Positions 18,512 to 28,128 of a stretch of DNA of 64,000 bases are shown here, in pieces. The stretch lies in contig JAIXTG010000114.1 in the NCBI GenBank assembly GCA_027484285.1, positions 34,848 through 98,847 on the forward strand, written 5' to 3'. The notes below the pieces were generated by a model. That model did not search any database, had not been told where the DNA came from, and was given only the letters and a program-made list of their open reading frames with translations. The position numbers and the translations under genes are program-made. This DNA is from Oxalobacteraceae bacterium. GTDB lineage: Bacteria > Pseudomonadota > Gammaproteobacteria > Burkholderiales > Burkholderiaceae_D. The number at the start of each line of letters is the position of its first letter. Position 1 is the stretch's first letter.

Positions 18512-19228
18512 ATGTCCTACTCGAACAACAATCCCTTTGTCCGCGGCTACGACGGCCTGTCCGTCCAGCGGCTGCTTGCCATCTCCTACGACGACGACTG
18601 CCCGCTGACCTACCTGCCCCTGCATCCCTCGCAGTCGAATCTGCCGGACAGCCAGGTCGAACGGCGGGCCTGCATCTTCTCGGACGACTTCGTGCTGATC
18701 ACCGAGGACCAAGCGGTCCCCGATGAACTGCAAGCGCAATGCCGCAGCCACGGGCTCGCCCGCAACGTTGTCTATGCCGTGATGGCCGAGGAAGACGGCA
18801 AGCCGCTGCACGTGGGCGACACCTACTCCGAAGAAGCGGCGCGGGAAGTCGTGCGGCGCCTGCGCTATGAAACGGGCTACTACAGCCGGTGCTGGGAGAT
18901 CAGCAGCGCGCACCTCGACGCCGACGCGCATCGCTTCCTCTCCGAGCTGGCGGACATCGCCACGCCGACGCTGTTCCTGTTCGTCGCCTTCCGCATCCCG
19001 TACAGCCCGGCCATCGGGTTGAAGCTGATCGCCACGCCCTGGACCGACGAGAACCTGCGCGCGGTCGAAGGCACCACGGCCAAGCGGCTGATGCAGGAGC
19101 ACCGCAAGAAGGGCATGCCGGAATCCCTGGTGCAGGTGCTGCACCTGGCCGCGCTCGCCGACGTGCGCATGCTGGTCTTCGATGCCGATGCGCAGGTGCT
19201 GGACGGCCTGCCGATCTACGACGACTGA
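18512..19228 (+). CDS. Conserved ICE hypothetical protein (238 aa)
   Basis: GGAG RBS; NPFVRGYDGLSVQRLLAISYDDDCP; C-terminal DVRMLVFDADAQVLDGLP. Confidence 0.8.
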   Translation: MSYSNNNPFVRGYDGLSVQRLLAISYDDDCPLTYLPLHPSQSNLPDSQVERRACIFSDDFVLITEDQAVPDELQAQCRSHGLARNVVYAVMAEEDGKPLHVGDTYSEEAAREVVRRLRYETGYYSRCWEISSAHLDADAHRFLSELADIATPTLFLFVAFRIPYSPAIGLKLIATPWTDENLRAVEGTTAKRLMQEHRKKGMPESLVQVLHLAALADVRMLVFDADAQVLDGLPIYDD

Positions 19229-19339
19229 CACCACCTTTCGAGCCCCCACGCGGGGCTCGTTTCATTTCTGGACGAAGCCGGTGGCGGCGCAGTGCCGATT
19301 CCCCCACGACGCTGGCCCACACCCGACGCACGCTGCTCG

Positions 19340-19415
19340 CATGTTCGCTGGCGTTGCCGGCAAGCATGCCCAGGCAGTCGAGACCTTCGAGGCTGCGGCA
19401 CGGTTCGCCGCGCTG
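19340..19415 (+). repeat. Dispersed three-hairpin element, copy 2
   Basis: GCTGGC/GCCGGC, CATGCCCAGG, GCAGTC/GGCTGC, then a TTCG-loop hairpin. Confidence 0.8.
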
Positions 19416-19521
19416 GTTGCTTTTCCTTCCACGGGCGCATGCGCGTCCATCCACCTCACCCCCAAGGGACATGCCTCCCTTGCGGGCGGAAGTTCCTTGG
19501 ATTGCCACAAGGAGCCTCCTA

Positions 19522-20319
19522 ATGGATACCCAAGCCATCCGCGCACAGATGCCGACGCTGGTTCGCGGCCACGTGCCTTCCAACGTCCGCAGCTTCAAGT
19601 TCAACATCTTCGACGGCCAGCCCAAGGTTTCGACGCTGGGCTTCCACGTTGATCCCAAGCCTTTCGAGGGCAAGGTTATCGCCACCACCGACGAGGCCAT
19701 CGTCGTCAAGACGGGCCGGGCCGAGTTCGCGGTGCTCGACAAGGCGCTCGTCACCGATGTGCCCGACGAAGGCGCCAAGGTGCAGGTCGAACCGTATGCG
19801 CGGCGCCGCTTCGACGGCATGCGCGCGGACACGCCCGAGGAGAGCACCGAGTTCACCGCCGACGGCCAGCCGTACACGGTGAAGCGGCTCATCCTGGGTT
19901 CCGCGCCGGCCAAGTTGCCGATCCCCGAGCCGCAGTGCCCCGAGCTGCAGGAGCTGATCCACCAACTGGAGCAGTTGCCCGCGCCCGATGGCTTTCGCCG
20001 CATCACGCACCTGCTGGTGGATGCCGGCGCGCGGGACTTCACGGTGGTCGATCCGAGCCCCCGCAACATCATCGCCACGCCGCCGGCCATCGGCTTCACC
20101 GTCGCCTCAGCGAAGTTCCAGGGGCGCGTCACCGTGCTCTACGAGCGCGGCCTCGACCTCTACGCGGTGGAGCTGCACCGCAACAGCAATCTGGTCGAGC
20201 GGGTCGATGAAGTGTCGTTCGACGAGCTGGGCCAGGCCCTGGAGCGGCTGATCGACGACGGGAGCTGGCGCCTCATCCGCGTGCAGCGCCTGTCCGGCCG
20301 CAAGCTGGTCCAGCACTGA
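19522..20319 (+). CDS. Conserved ICE hypothetical protein (265 aa)
   Basis: AAGGAG RBS; high-GC3 coding pattern. Confidence 0.78.
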   Translation: MDTQAIRAQMPTLVRGHVPSNVRSFKFNIFDGQPKVSTLGFHVDPKPFEGKVIATTDEAIVVKTGRAEFAVLDKALVTDVPDEGAKVQVEPYARRRFDGMRADTPEESTEFTADGQPYTVKRLILGSAPAKLPIPEPQCPELQELIHQLEQLPAPDGFRRITHLLVDAGARDFTVVDPSPRNIIATPPAIGFTVASAKFQGRVTVLYERGLDLYAVELHRNSNLVERVDEVSFDELGQALERLIDDGSWRLIRVQRLSGRKLVQH

Positions 20320-20397
20320 GCCCCTGCGTTCCTAAGCGGCTTCCCGTCCCCGCGGCGGGAAGCCTTTCCTCCCATACCTCGATTGGAGACCACTTCC

Positions 20398-20763
20398 ATG
20401 ACTGTTCGATTCAAAGGCACCGAGCTTCGGCCCGTGCTTGCCGAGGCGGCGGCCAACCAGTGCCGCGTCGTCCTGGTCAAGGACCAGGGCGTGTATTTCA
20501 TGGCCGAGCGCGGCGAGAGCCGGCCCGATGGGCGGCGCAAGACCATCGCCTATGCCGTGGGCTGCAACCCTGATGTCGATGTGTTCGACGACTGGTGGGA
20601 ACTGGCGCGCGCCGAATTCGGCGGCGACGACTTCGGCGAGTTCTTCGACCTGCGGGAACGGGTGTTCAGCCGCATCCTGCACAGCGAGGACGACCTCGAA
20701 GTGTCGGCCACGGCCACGCACCTGTCGATGCAGCCCATGCCCGCTGCGCCGGCCGGCCACTGA
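20398..20763 (+). CDS. DUF3085-family protein
   Basis: VLVKDQGVYFM...IAYAVGCNP...GGDDFGE. Confidence 0.75.
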   Translation: MTVRFKGTELRPVLAEAAANQCRVVLVKDQGVYFMAERGESRPDGRRKTIAYAVGCNPDVDVFDDWWELARAEFGGDDFGEFFDLRERVFSRILHSEDDLEVSATATHLSMQPMPAAPAGH

Positions 20764-20886
20764 CCGTCCTGCTTCCCAGCCCCTCATGAAGGGGCTTCAC
20801 TTTTTCCCGAGGACGCCGTCAATGCGGGGCGTCTCGGATACCGATTGCCGCTCGCGCGGGCGCGTGCCAGGCGCCACGCTTATCAC

Positions 20887-20965
20887 CATGTTCCGCTGAC
20901 ACCCGTCAGCAGCATGCCCAGGCAGTCTCGATCTTCAAGACTGCGATGCGGTTCCGACCGCGTTG
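20887..20965 (+). repeat. Dispersed three-hairpin element, copy 3
   Basis: GCTGAC/GTCAGC, CATGCCCAGG, GCAGTCT/AGACTGC, then a TCCG-loop hairpin. Confidence 0.8.
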
Positions 20966-21121
20966 ATCACCCAGTTCGCTCCGGCATCCCAGCGCGAACG
21001 GCCATCGGTTCTCCCGATGGTGATGCCACCCAAGCTGTTCCTTCAACCCACGCGGGGGTTCCACACCTTCCCCGCCTTGGGTCGGGTGTGTCTCCGCCTC
21101 TTTGTTCTCAGGAGATTCACC

Positions 21122-21685
21122 ATGACCACTTCCACCGAAAGGTCCTTCTTCGACCTGCACATCACCGGACTCGGGTATCTCAATCGCATCCGCGAAGTGA
21201 AGCCCAAGAAAGGCGATGCGTTCCTGGCCTGCGACATCGCGGCGCTCAACGGCCCCAGCGATGATGTGGCCTACGTGCGTTTCGACACGCGCGTCTCGGG
21301 CTCCGAAGCGCAGCACCTGGTGCGCCGCTGCATCCAAGCGGTTGATGCCGAGAAGAAGGTGATGATCGGCTTCCGCCTGGGCGACCTGTGGACCGACACC
21401 TTTACCTACTCCAAGGGCAAGCGTGCCGGCGAGCAGGGGGTGAGCCTCAAGGCCCGCCTGCTGTTCGTCAGTTGGATCAAGGTCGACGGCAAGCTCGTCT
21501 ACAAGGCCGAGCCCAAGCCGACCGACGCCGACGACCGCGACGAACGCGACGTGCGCGCCACGGATGTCCCCGCGACGTCCGCCGAGCCGCAAGCCGCTGC
21601 GTCCGAGCCCGCCAGGCCCGCCGCTGAAGCTGCCGATGAAGCCACTGCCGATGCGCCCGCATTGGAAGTTGCCGAGTCGTTCTGA
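21122..21685 (+). CDS. DUF3577-family protein
   Basis: FFDLHITGLGYLNRIREV...FLACDIAALNG...LKARLL. Confidence 0.78.
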   Translation: MTTSTERSFFDLHITGLGYLNRIREVKPKKGDAFLACDIAALNGPSDDVAYVRFDTRVSGSEAQHLVRRCIQAVDAEKKVMIGFRLGDLWTDTFTYSKGKRAGEQGVSLKARLLFVSWIKVDGKLVYKAEPKPTDADDRDERDVRATDVPATSAEPQAAASEPARPAAEAADEATADAPALEVAESF

Positions 21686-21805
21686 TCCGCAAGGCCCTGA
21701 CTCTGAATTGAGCCCAGGGCCTTGTCTTCTCCCACTCGCGTGCGCATGCGACCGTCACCATGACAGCCGTGTGCGTGATCGCAGCTTCGTCCGCAGGAGT
21801 TCTTC

Positions 21806-22435
21806 ATGATCACCATTCCCGGCCAATTGGCCATCAAGACCATCCACGGCCGCAACGGCGACTTCAACGTCGGGCGCCTTGCGACCTCCATCGGCGAGTT
21901 CGTCGTGAAGAACGCCGAACTCGACCAGTACGCCGAAGGCAAGTACGAGGGCGATTTCGCCATCGCGGAGATTCGCCCGTCCACGTACACCGCCAACGGT
22001 CGCATGGTCATCGAGATCCGCGCCCTCCTGGGCGGGATGACCTTGTCCAACATCGACGCCCTGAGCCGTGACGACGCCCGCCGGCTGAGTCCGCAGGAAG
22101 TCGATCCGATCGACGAGGAAGCGCAGACCGCCACGCCGACGCCGACGACCGCCCCCAAGGCGGCCGGCCGGAAGAAGGCGCGCAGCTCGCGCGACCCGCT
22201 GGTCGATACCACGCCGTTCGGCAGCGAACCGGCTGCTGCGTCTGCCGAGGCTCCGGTCCAGGCGGACGAAGACGGCGACGCGGCACTGTTCGGTGTGCTC
22301 TGGCCGCTGGGCGATGTCGTCAAGCTCGATGCCACCGTGGATCGGCGCGTGCTGCGTCAACAGCGCGACCGTCTCGGCGACCTGGGCTACGAGTTCGCTC
22401 CGCTGTCCCAGGACTGGCACCTCGCCAGGGTCTGA
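21806..22435 (+). CDS. DUF3275-family protein
   Basis: MITIPGQLAIKTIHGRNGDFNVGRL...VKLDATVDRRVLRQQRDRL. Confidence 0.75.
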   Translation: MITIPGQLAIKTIHGRNGDFNVGRLATSIGEFVVKNAELDQYAEGKYEGDFAIAEIRPSTYTANGRMVIEIRALLGGMTLSNIDALSRDDARRLSPQEVDPIDEEAQTATPTPTTAPKAAGRKKARSSRDPLVDTTPFGSEPAAASAEAPVQADEDGDAALFGVLWPLGDVVKLDATVDRRVLRQQRDRLGDLGYEFAPLSQDWHLARV

Positions 22436-22537
22436 TCCCATCGCCACTTCACGCCGCGTGCCTGCGGCTTTCCACCAACCCGCCGGGGTTCCTTCCCCGG
22501 CGGGAGGACTCCGGCCCTTTCTCACAGGAGTCATTCC

Positions 22538-22933
22538 ATGGGCTGGACATTCGTTCGATTGACGCGCGATCAATTGATCCGCGAGCTGACCGCAACTGAG
22601 GAAACCGAGCGGTCGCGCAATGAGGTCATCGATCACACGCTGGTCGGCAACGTGCTGTGGACGGTGGTGCGCGTCACCGCCAAGCAGGCCGGTGTCCTGG
22701 GTCTCGCACCCGGAGAGTCGGCCACCTTGATTGGCTGCCATCTGCTGGAAAGCGAGGGCCGCGAATGGGGCTACAAGTCCCTGGTCGAGGCCGAGCACCC
22801 GTACTACTACTCGTGCCCGCTGCGCTATCTCGACATGGCGCCGCAGCGCTGCGCCACTTGGCGCGCAAGGGTGCATGCCTTCCATCAGCAGCATCCGGCG
22901 AGCAGTGTGGCCGGCGATGCAGCCACTGAGTGA
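22538..22933 (+). CDS. Hypothetical protein (MGW...WGYK...PYYYSCP type)
   Basis: AGGAG RBS; motif WGYKSLVEAEHPYYYSCPLRYL. Confidence 0.72.
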   Translation: MGWTFVRLTRDQLIRELTATEETERSRNEVIDHTLVGNVLWTVVRVTAKQAGVLGLAPGESATLIGCHLLESEGREWGYKSLVEAEHPYYYSCPLRYLDMAPQRCATWRARVHAFHQQHPASSVAGDAATE

Positions 22934-22940
22934 GGCGCAC

Positions 22941-23210
22941 ATGGACACCATCCTGTCGTCCATGCGGCCCGAGCTGCTTCGCTTCGTCGAAGAACAGTTG
23001 GCCAACAACGAGGTTTCCGACGACGACGAGCTGCGCGAGCACTTCATCGCCAACGGCCTGAGCGAAGAACAGGCGTGGCAGGCACTGACCTACCGCGCCC
23101 TGTACTTGCGCTACATCTTCCTCGAAGGCTTCACGCCGATCCTTAAAGGCCAGGAAGCGCTTTGCTTCAACCCGCATAGCCGAGGCTGGGAGCCGGTTCA
23201 GAACCCATAG
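22941..23210 (+). CDS. Small acidic hypothetical protein (89 aa)
   Basis: GAGG RBS; FVEEQLANNEVSDDDELREHF. Confidence 0.65.
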   Translation: MDTILSSMRPELLRFVEEQLANNEVSDDDELREHFIANGLSEEQAWQALTYRALYLRYIFLEGFTPILKGQEALCFNPHSRGWEPVQNP

Positions 23211-23345
23211 GCCGCTTCCCAGCGACGCGCTTCTTCATCCCTTCCATCAGGCCCTGTTCAGCAGGGCTTTTCTTCGTCCCACGCAATCCGCGCATCCGGC
23301 CTCGGCCGCTGGATGCCGATTGCTTCATTCCGCAAGGAGATCATC

Positions 23346-24173
23346 ATGCAACTCGCTTCCCGCTTCGCTTCTCGCTCCCCGGTGCTGCGCGCCGACTATC
23401 CGCTGTCGGATGATCAGATTCGCACCGTGGCCCCGTCCATCTTCGCGGACACCCCGCACGAAAGCCGCTCCGAACGGTACAGCTACATCCCCACGGCGGC
23501 TGTGCTGACTGAACTGCGCAAGGAAGGCTTCCAGCCGTTCATGGTGTGCCAGACCCGCGTGCGGCACGAGGACCGCCGCGACTACACCAAGCACATGCTG
23601 CGCCTTCGCCACGCCAGCCAGATCAACGGCGCCGAGGCGAACGAGATCATCCTGCTCAACTCGCACGACGGCAGCAGCAGCTACCAGATGCTCGCGGGCC
23701 TGTTCAGATTCGTCTGCCACAACGGCCTGGTGTGCGGCGACACCTTCGCCGACGTGCGGGTGCCCCACAAGGGCAACGTCACCGATCACGTGATCGAAGG
23801 CGCCTACGAGGTGCTGCACGGCTTCGAGCGCGTGCAGGACTCGCGCGACGCCATGCAGGGCATCACGCTGGACAACGGCGAGGCCGAGGTCTTCGCCAAG
23901 TCGGCGCTGACCTTGAAGTACGACGATTCGGGCAAGGCCTTGCCCATCACGGAGACCCAGATCCTGCGGCCCCGTCGTTACGACGACAACCGCGCCGACC
24001 TGTGGACTGTCTTCAACAGAGTCCAGGAGAACCTGGTCAAGGGCGGCCTGAGCGGCCGTGCTGCCAACGGGCGCCGGCAGCGCACGCGAGCCGTCCAGGG
24101 CATCGACCAGAACGTCCGGCTCAACCGGGCGCTGTGGCTGCTGGCGGACGGCCTACGCCAGCTCAAAGCCTGA
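23346..24173 (+). CDS. DUF932 (DUF945)-family protein
   Basis: PSIFADTPHESRSERY, KHMLRLR, LLNSHDGSSS, GLFRFVCHNG and NRALW. Confidence 0.88.
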   Translation: MQLASRFASRSPVLRADYPLSDDQIRTVAPSIFADTPHESRSERYSYIPTAAVLTELRKEGFQPFMVCQTRVRHEDRRDYTKHMLRLRHASQINGAEANEIILLNSHDGSSSYQMLAGLFRFVCHNGLVCGDTFADVRVPHKGNVTDHVIEGAYEVLHGFERVQDSRDAMQGITLDNGEAEVFAKSALTLKYDDSGKALPITETQILRPRRYDDNRADLWTVFNRVQENLVKGGLSGRAANGRRQRTRAVQGIDQNVRLNRALWLLADGLRQLKA

Positions 24174-24180
24174 CCCACAA

Positions 24181-24217
24181 GCGGATCGTGCCTCACGGCA
24201 TGGTCCGCTTTTTTTTT
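24181..24217 (+). terminator. Rho-independent terminator
   Basis: GCGGATCGTGCC-TCAC-GGCATGGTCCGC followed by a T-run. Confidence 0.8.
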
Positions 24218-24389
24218 GGCTGGTGCTGTGCTGCCAGCGCACCGCGTTCCATTTGGTTCGGTGTAACCCTAATGCGCCAATTCGCCGCTGCCTCGAAAAT
24301 CGAGATTCGACTGCATACCTCCTTGGCTTTTCCTCCCTGAGCCAAGCAGTCATCTTTGCCGCCTCGGTGTCCCCGGGGCGGTTTTCTTT

Positions 24390-25475
24390 GGCTCAGTTCG
24401 CGTTGAGTGCGGATGGCCCGGGGCCGATGGCCAGTGCGAGCAGGGAAACCGCATCGACCCTGAGTCGCGCGTTGCGGTCGAGCGCCCGGAACCAGCCGAG
24501 GTAGTTCGGCAGGTAGTGCGTGGAAATGCCGTTGAAGCGCCGCAGCCAGGTCTTCAGGCGACTGTGATACGCGTTGACGTTCTGGACATGCCACGGCCCG
24601 CGGATGCGCTCGCCGGCAGACATGTTGATGGCTTGGTGCTCAATCGCCAGTTCCACGGCGGCCTGGTGAAGGTGATTGCTGCCGTCCGAGCACAGCACAG
24701 AGTCGTCGGCCAGTGCCTGTGGCAGCACCGCCTTGAGCGCAGCCTTGCCGGTGTTGGGCAGCACGAAGTCGCTGGTTTCGCCGGAGCGGTTGCGCATCAC
24801 CAGTATGGGCACTTGTTCGGACGACACCCCGCGCTTGGCAGCTTTGCCGCCGCGCCGGCGAGGTGCCCGTTGCGTTTGTCGGGCCAGCCGTGCTGGCTGG
24901 CCCTTGTACGAGAGCAGTTGGTACGTCTCGTCAGCCTCGACAACACCGGCCATGTGCACTGCCTTGGCCTCGCGAGGGCAGGCCAGCCAGCGATGGCGCC
25001 AACGAAAGGCGGTCGTGCTGTGCACGCCGAGTCGGGTGGCCGCTTTGCGAACGCTCAGTCCTTCGTCGAGCACCTTGGCTTGGTCGAGCCACTTGTCGCG
25101 GTAGCGCAACCGCGCCAGCGGTGTGCCGGTCAGCGCATTGAAGGTGATACGGCAGTCGCGGCACTTGTATCGCTGCAACCCATTGGCAAAGCCATTGCGC
25201 ACCACGTGCTCGCCGTTGCAAGCCGGGCACATCGGTCGCGCGGCCAACCGCTTCTCGATGCAGTCGGCAACTTCGTCGATGGCCTGGGCGTGTGCAAGCT
25301 CATGGAGCACCAGCTTGCGCTGGTTGGCTGTCAGCCGCCCCAGCGCATCGCGCAGCCGCTTCAATTCGTCCGCCTTCATTTGCGTCTCCCGGTGACTCTT
25401 CTGTCACCACCGACGCAGTCTCGAACTCAACAGGCTCACTGGGCGAGCCTGTCACCATTCAACGCGAACTGAGCC
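24390..25475 (-). mobile_element. IS1595-family insertion sequence (1086 bp)
   Basis: Perfect 17-bp TIRs GGCTCAGTTCGCGTTGA (24390-24406 and 25459-25475); 8-bp target duplication TTTTCTTT (24382-24389 and 25476-25483). Confidence 0.92.
24393..25379 (-). CDS. IS1595-family DDE transposase
   Basis: Zinc ribbon CPAC...RYKCRDC, VVEADETY, LCSDG, WHVQNVNAYHSRLK. The stop codon lies inside the TIR. Confidence 0.92.
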   Translation of the reverse strand: MKADELKRLRDALGRLTANQRKLVLHELAHAQAIDEVADCIEKRLAARPMCPACNGEHVVRNGFANGLQRYKCRDCRITFNALTGTPLARLRYRDKWLDQAKVLDEGLSVRKAATRLGVHSTTAFRWRHRWLACPREAKAVHMAGVVEADETYQLLSYKGQPARLARQTQRAPRRRGGKAAKRGVSSEQVPILVMRNRSGETSDFVLPNTGKAALKAVLPQALADDSVLCSDGSNHLHQAAVELAIEHQAINMSAGERIRGPWHVQNVNAYHSRLKTWLRRFNGISTHYLPNYLGWFRALDRNARLRVDAVSLLALAIGPGPSALNAN

Positions 25476-25590
25476 TTTTCTTTTGCGGCCGTCCTTCCGG
25501 CGCCGCGGGCGATGCGCCAGCGCAAACAGGGTTGGGCGCCGGGTCGGTTTTTCGCTCACGCGGTGTACGCAGCTTGGCGCAGGCTATGAC

Positions 25591-25667
25591 TCGTGTCCGT
25601 CGGCGTAGCCGACAACATGCCCAGGTAGCCCAGACCTTCAAGGCTACGGTGCGTTGCGACGCACGGT
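25591..25667 (+). repeat. Dispersed three-hairpin element, copy 4
   Basis: GTCGGC/GCCGAC, CATGCCCAGG, GTAGCC/GGCTAC, GTGCGT/ACGCAC. Confidence 0.8.
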
Positions 25668-25769
25668 CTGATTCTTCACAACGACGTTCACCGCGTCTTC
25701 TTCCATCCCCCTGGGGCAGTGACTGCCCTCGCGGGTGGTGCTGTCTCCGCTCACTTCGAGGACATCACC

Positions 25770-26426
25770 ATGCCTGCACATTCTTCCCCCAAGACGCTCT
25801 ATCGCATCGACGAATGCCCCGACCTGATGGCCGATGGCGTCGTCGGTGACGAGAACGGCAACCTGGTCTTCATCTCCCTCTGGGCGCGCGACACCGCCGT
25901 CCAGGAATTCCTGGCCCGTCTCACCCTGGGCCGGGACGAGCAGGGACTGGATCAGTTCCACATCATCACCGAGCAAGGCGCGAGCATCCCGGTCTTCGTC
26001 GGCAACGTCGAGAACCTGGAGAAGCGCAGCGCACGCGCCTACCGGCGCACGCTGTTCGGCTCGCTGACCAACATCTGGCTGTTCGATCGGCGCTGCGTCA
26101 AACCCGACAAGGCCAACGCCAGCGCACTGGCGCTCTTGCCTCGCGATTCCAAGTACCGGCTCGACCGGCTGTGGACGCTGGTGCGGGACACCTGCCCGCT
26201 GCCGCTTCTCGATCCCTGGCGCGACAGCGTGCTGGAACTGCTGCAGGCGAAGTCGATGCTGACGCGCCTGCCGTTCGCCCTCGGGCCTCTGGAAGGCCAT
26301 CGGCTCGCCATCGACGTGCCGGCGCTGACCCAGGTGCTGGGCGGCCTGATCCGCAGCGGCGCGCTCGTCGCCGGCACGCCGGCCAGCCGCATCCCCTCGG
26401 CACGACCGCTCGAAGCGGTGGCTTGA
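25770..26426 (+). CDS. Conserved ICE hypothetical protein (218 aa)
   Basis: GAGG RBS; LVFISLWARDTAVQEFLARLTLG. Confidence 0.78.
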   Translation: MPAHSSPKTLYRIDECPDLMADGVVGDENGNLVFISLWARDTAVQEFLARLTLGRDEQGLDQFHIITEQGASIPVFVGNVENLEKRSARAYRRTLFGSLTNIWLFDRRCVKPDKANASALALLPRDSKYRLDRLWTLVRDTCPLPLLDPWRDSVLELLQAKSMLTRLPFALGPLEGHRLAIDVPALTQVLGGLIRSGALVAGTPASRIPSARPLEAVA

Positions 26427-26493
26427 GGTTCCTTCACCGGACATGCACGCGCGCATGTCCGCATCCTTTCATCTTCAATGCCAGGAGATTCCC

Positions 26494-27609
26494 ATGGCCC
26501 TCATGTTCCCGCGGCTCGCCCGCAACTTCGTCAAGAACGGGTACTTCCCCACGGATGAACCCACGCTCGAAAGAGCACTCGCCGCGCTGGCGCCCGCTGC
26601 TCCCTCGGCCGGTCCGCTGTGCATCCTCGATCCCTGCGCCGGCGAAGGCGTGGCGATCGCCGAAGCCGCGCACGCCCTCGGGCGCGAACGGGTCCAGGCC
26701 TTCGCCGTCGAGTACGAGGCGGAGCGCGCACGCCACGCCCGGCAACTGGTCGATCGCTGCATCCACGGCGACCTGATGGACACGCTGATCAGCCGGCAGA
26801 GCTTTGGCCTGCTGTGGCTCAACCCGCCGTATGGCGACCTGTCCAAGGACACCAACGGCAACGTCGGCTACCAGGGCCAGGGCCGCGCGCGGCTGGAAAA
26901 GCTGTTCTACCAGAAGGCGCTGCCGCTGCTGCAGTACGGCGGCGTGCTGATCTACATCGTGCCGCACTACGTGCTCGACGCCGAACTGGTCGGATGGCTG
27001 ACCCGGCACTTCGCCGAGCTGCGCATCTACCGCGCGGTGGACACGCAGTTCAGGCAGGTCGTGATCTTCGGTCGCAAGGTTCGCCAGCGCGACCAGGTGT
27101 CGGATTCGGTCAAGGCCACGCGCGCACTGCTGCTGCAGATAGGTCTCGGCGACGCCGAAGCGGAAGAGCTGCCGGTCGAATGGCCGTTCCTGCCGTACAC
27201 GGTGCCTGCCACGGCCGAGCCGGAGCACTTCTACCGCGTGACGATGGAGCCCGAGCAGTTCGCCGATGAAGTCGGCCGGCTGCAAGGACTCTGGCCGACG
27301 CTCGACACGCACCTTGGCGCCGCGCAGCAGTCGCTGCGGCCCCCGGCGCGAGGGTTATCGCATTGGCATCTCGCCTTAGCGCTCGCCGCGGGTGCGATTT
27401 CCGGCGTGGTGAAGTCCAAGACGGGCCGCGTGCTCGTCGTCAAGGGCGACACCCACAAGGAGAAGACCTTGCAGACGGAGTACACCGAGCGCGACGACGG
27501 CACCGTGGCCGAGACGCGCATCCTGACCGACAAGTTCGTGCCGGTCATCCGCGCCTGGGACATGACGCCGGGCTCGTCGACGTGTGGCGAGGTGCTGACC
27601 ATCCGCTGA
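26494..27609 (+). CDS. Orphan SAM-dependent methyltransferase (DUF6094, amino-MTase-like)
   Basis: Motif I LDPCAGEG and motif IV NPPY. Confidence 0.85.
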   Translation: MALMFPRLARNFVKNGYFPTDEPTLERALAALAPAAPSAGPLCILDPCAGEGVAIAEAAHALGRERVQAFAVEYEAERARHARQLVDRCIHGDLMDTLISRQSFGLLWLNPPYGDLSKDTNGNVGYQGQGRARLEKLFYQKALPLLQYGGVLIYIVPHYVLDAELVGWLTRHFAELRIYRAVDTQFRQVVIFGRKVRQRDQVSDSVKATRALLLQIGLGDAEAEELPVEWPFLPYTVPATAEPEHFYRVTMEPEQFADEVGRLQGLWPTLDTHLGAAQQSLRPPARGLSHWHLALALAAGAISGVVKSKTGRVLVVKGDTHKEKTLQTEYTERDDGTVAETRILTDKFVPVIRAWDMTPGSSTCGEVLTIR

Positions 27610-27721
27610 TCGCTGTTCCCTGACGATTCGCCGTCGCTTCATCCACCAACTCATCCACCCAACGGGGCCATGTCACCCCGCCGGGTGCCGTGGCCCCTCT
27701 TTCATCCGAAGGAGAAACACC

Positions 27722-28027
27722 ATGGCACTCGCAGTTCTCAACCTGGCGTCGCAAGCACGCTTTGCCCCCGGACACCTGGTCATGACCCGCGGCATCGATG
27801 CGCTGGTCCAGCAAGGCCGGCTCAACCCGGCACCGTATCTGTCCCGCCATCTCAGCGGCGATTGGGGCGACCTCGACGACAGCGACCGGCGTCAGAACGA
27901 CGCCGCGTTGCGCTCCGGCGAGGATCGGCTTTTCTCGTCCTACCAGGTCGCGCCTGACCTGAAGCTCTGGATCATCACCGAGTGGGATCGCAGCGTGACC
28001 ACGCTGCTGTTGCCCAGCGAATACTGA
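27722..28027 (+). CDS. Conserved plasmid/ICE hypothetical protein (101 aa)
   Basis: AAGGAG RBS; RHLSGDWGDL...WIITEWDRSVTTLLLPSEY. Confidence 0.78.
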   Translation: MALAVLNLASQARFAPGHLVMTRGIDALVQQGRLNPAPYLSRHLSGDWGDLDDSDRRQNDAALRSGEDRLFSSYQVAPDLKLWIITEWDRSVTTLLLPSEY

Positions 28028-28128
28028 TCTTCATCCACCGCGGCCGCGCGCCGCTCTTCTCTTCCCAACCCGGGGCATGCCATCGCCCCGCAGGGGAGGT
28101 GCATGCCTCATTCCTATGGAGCATCACC

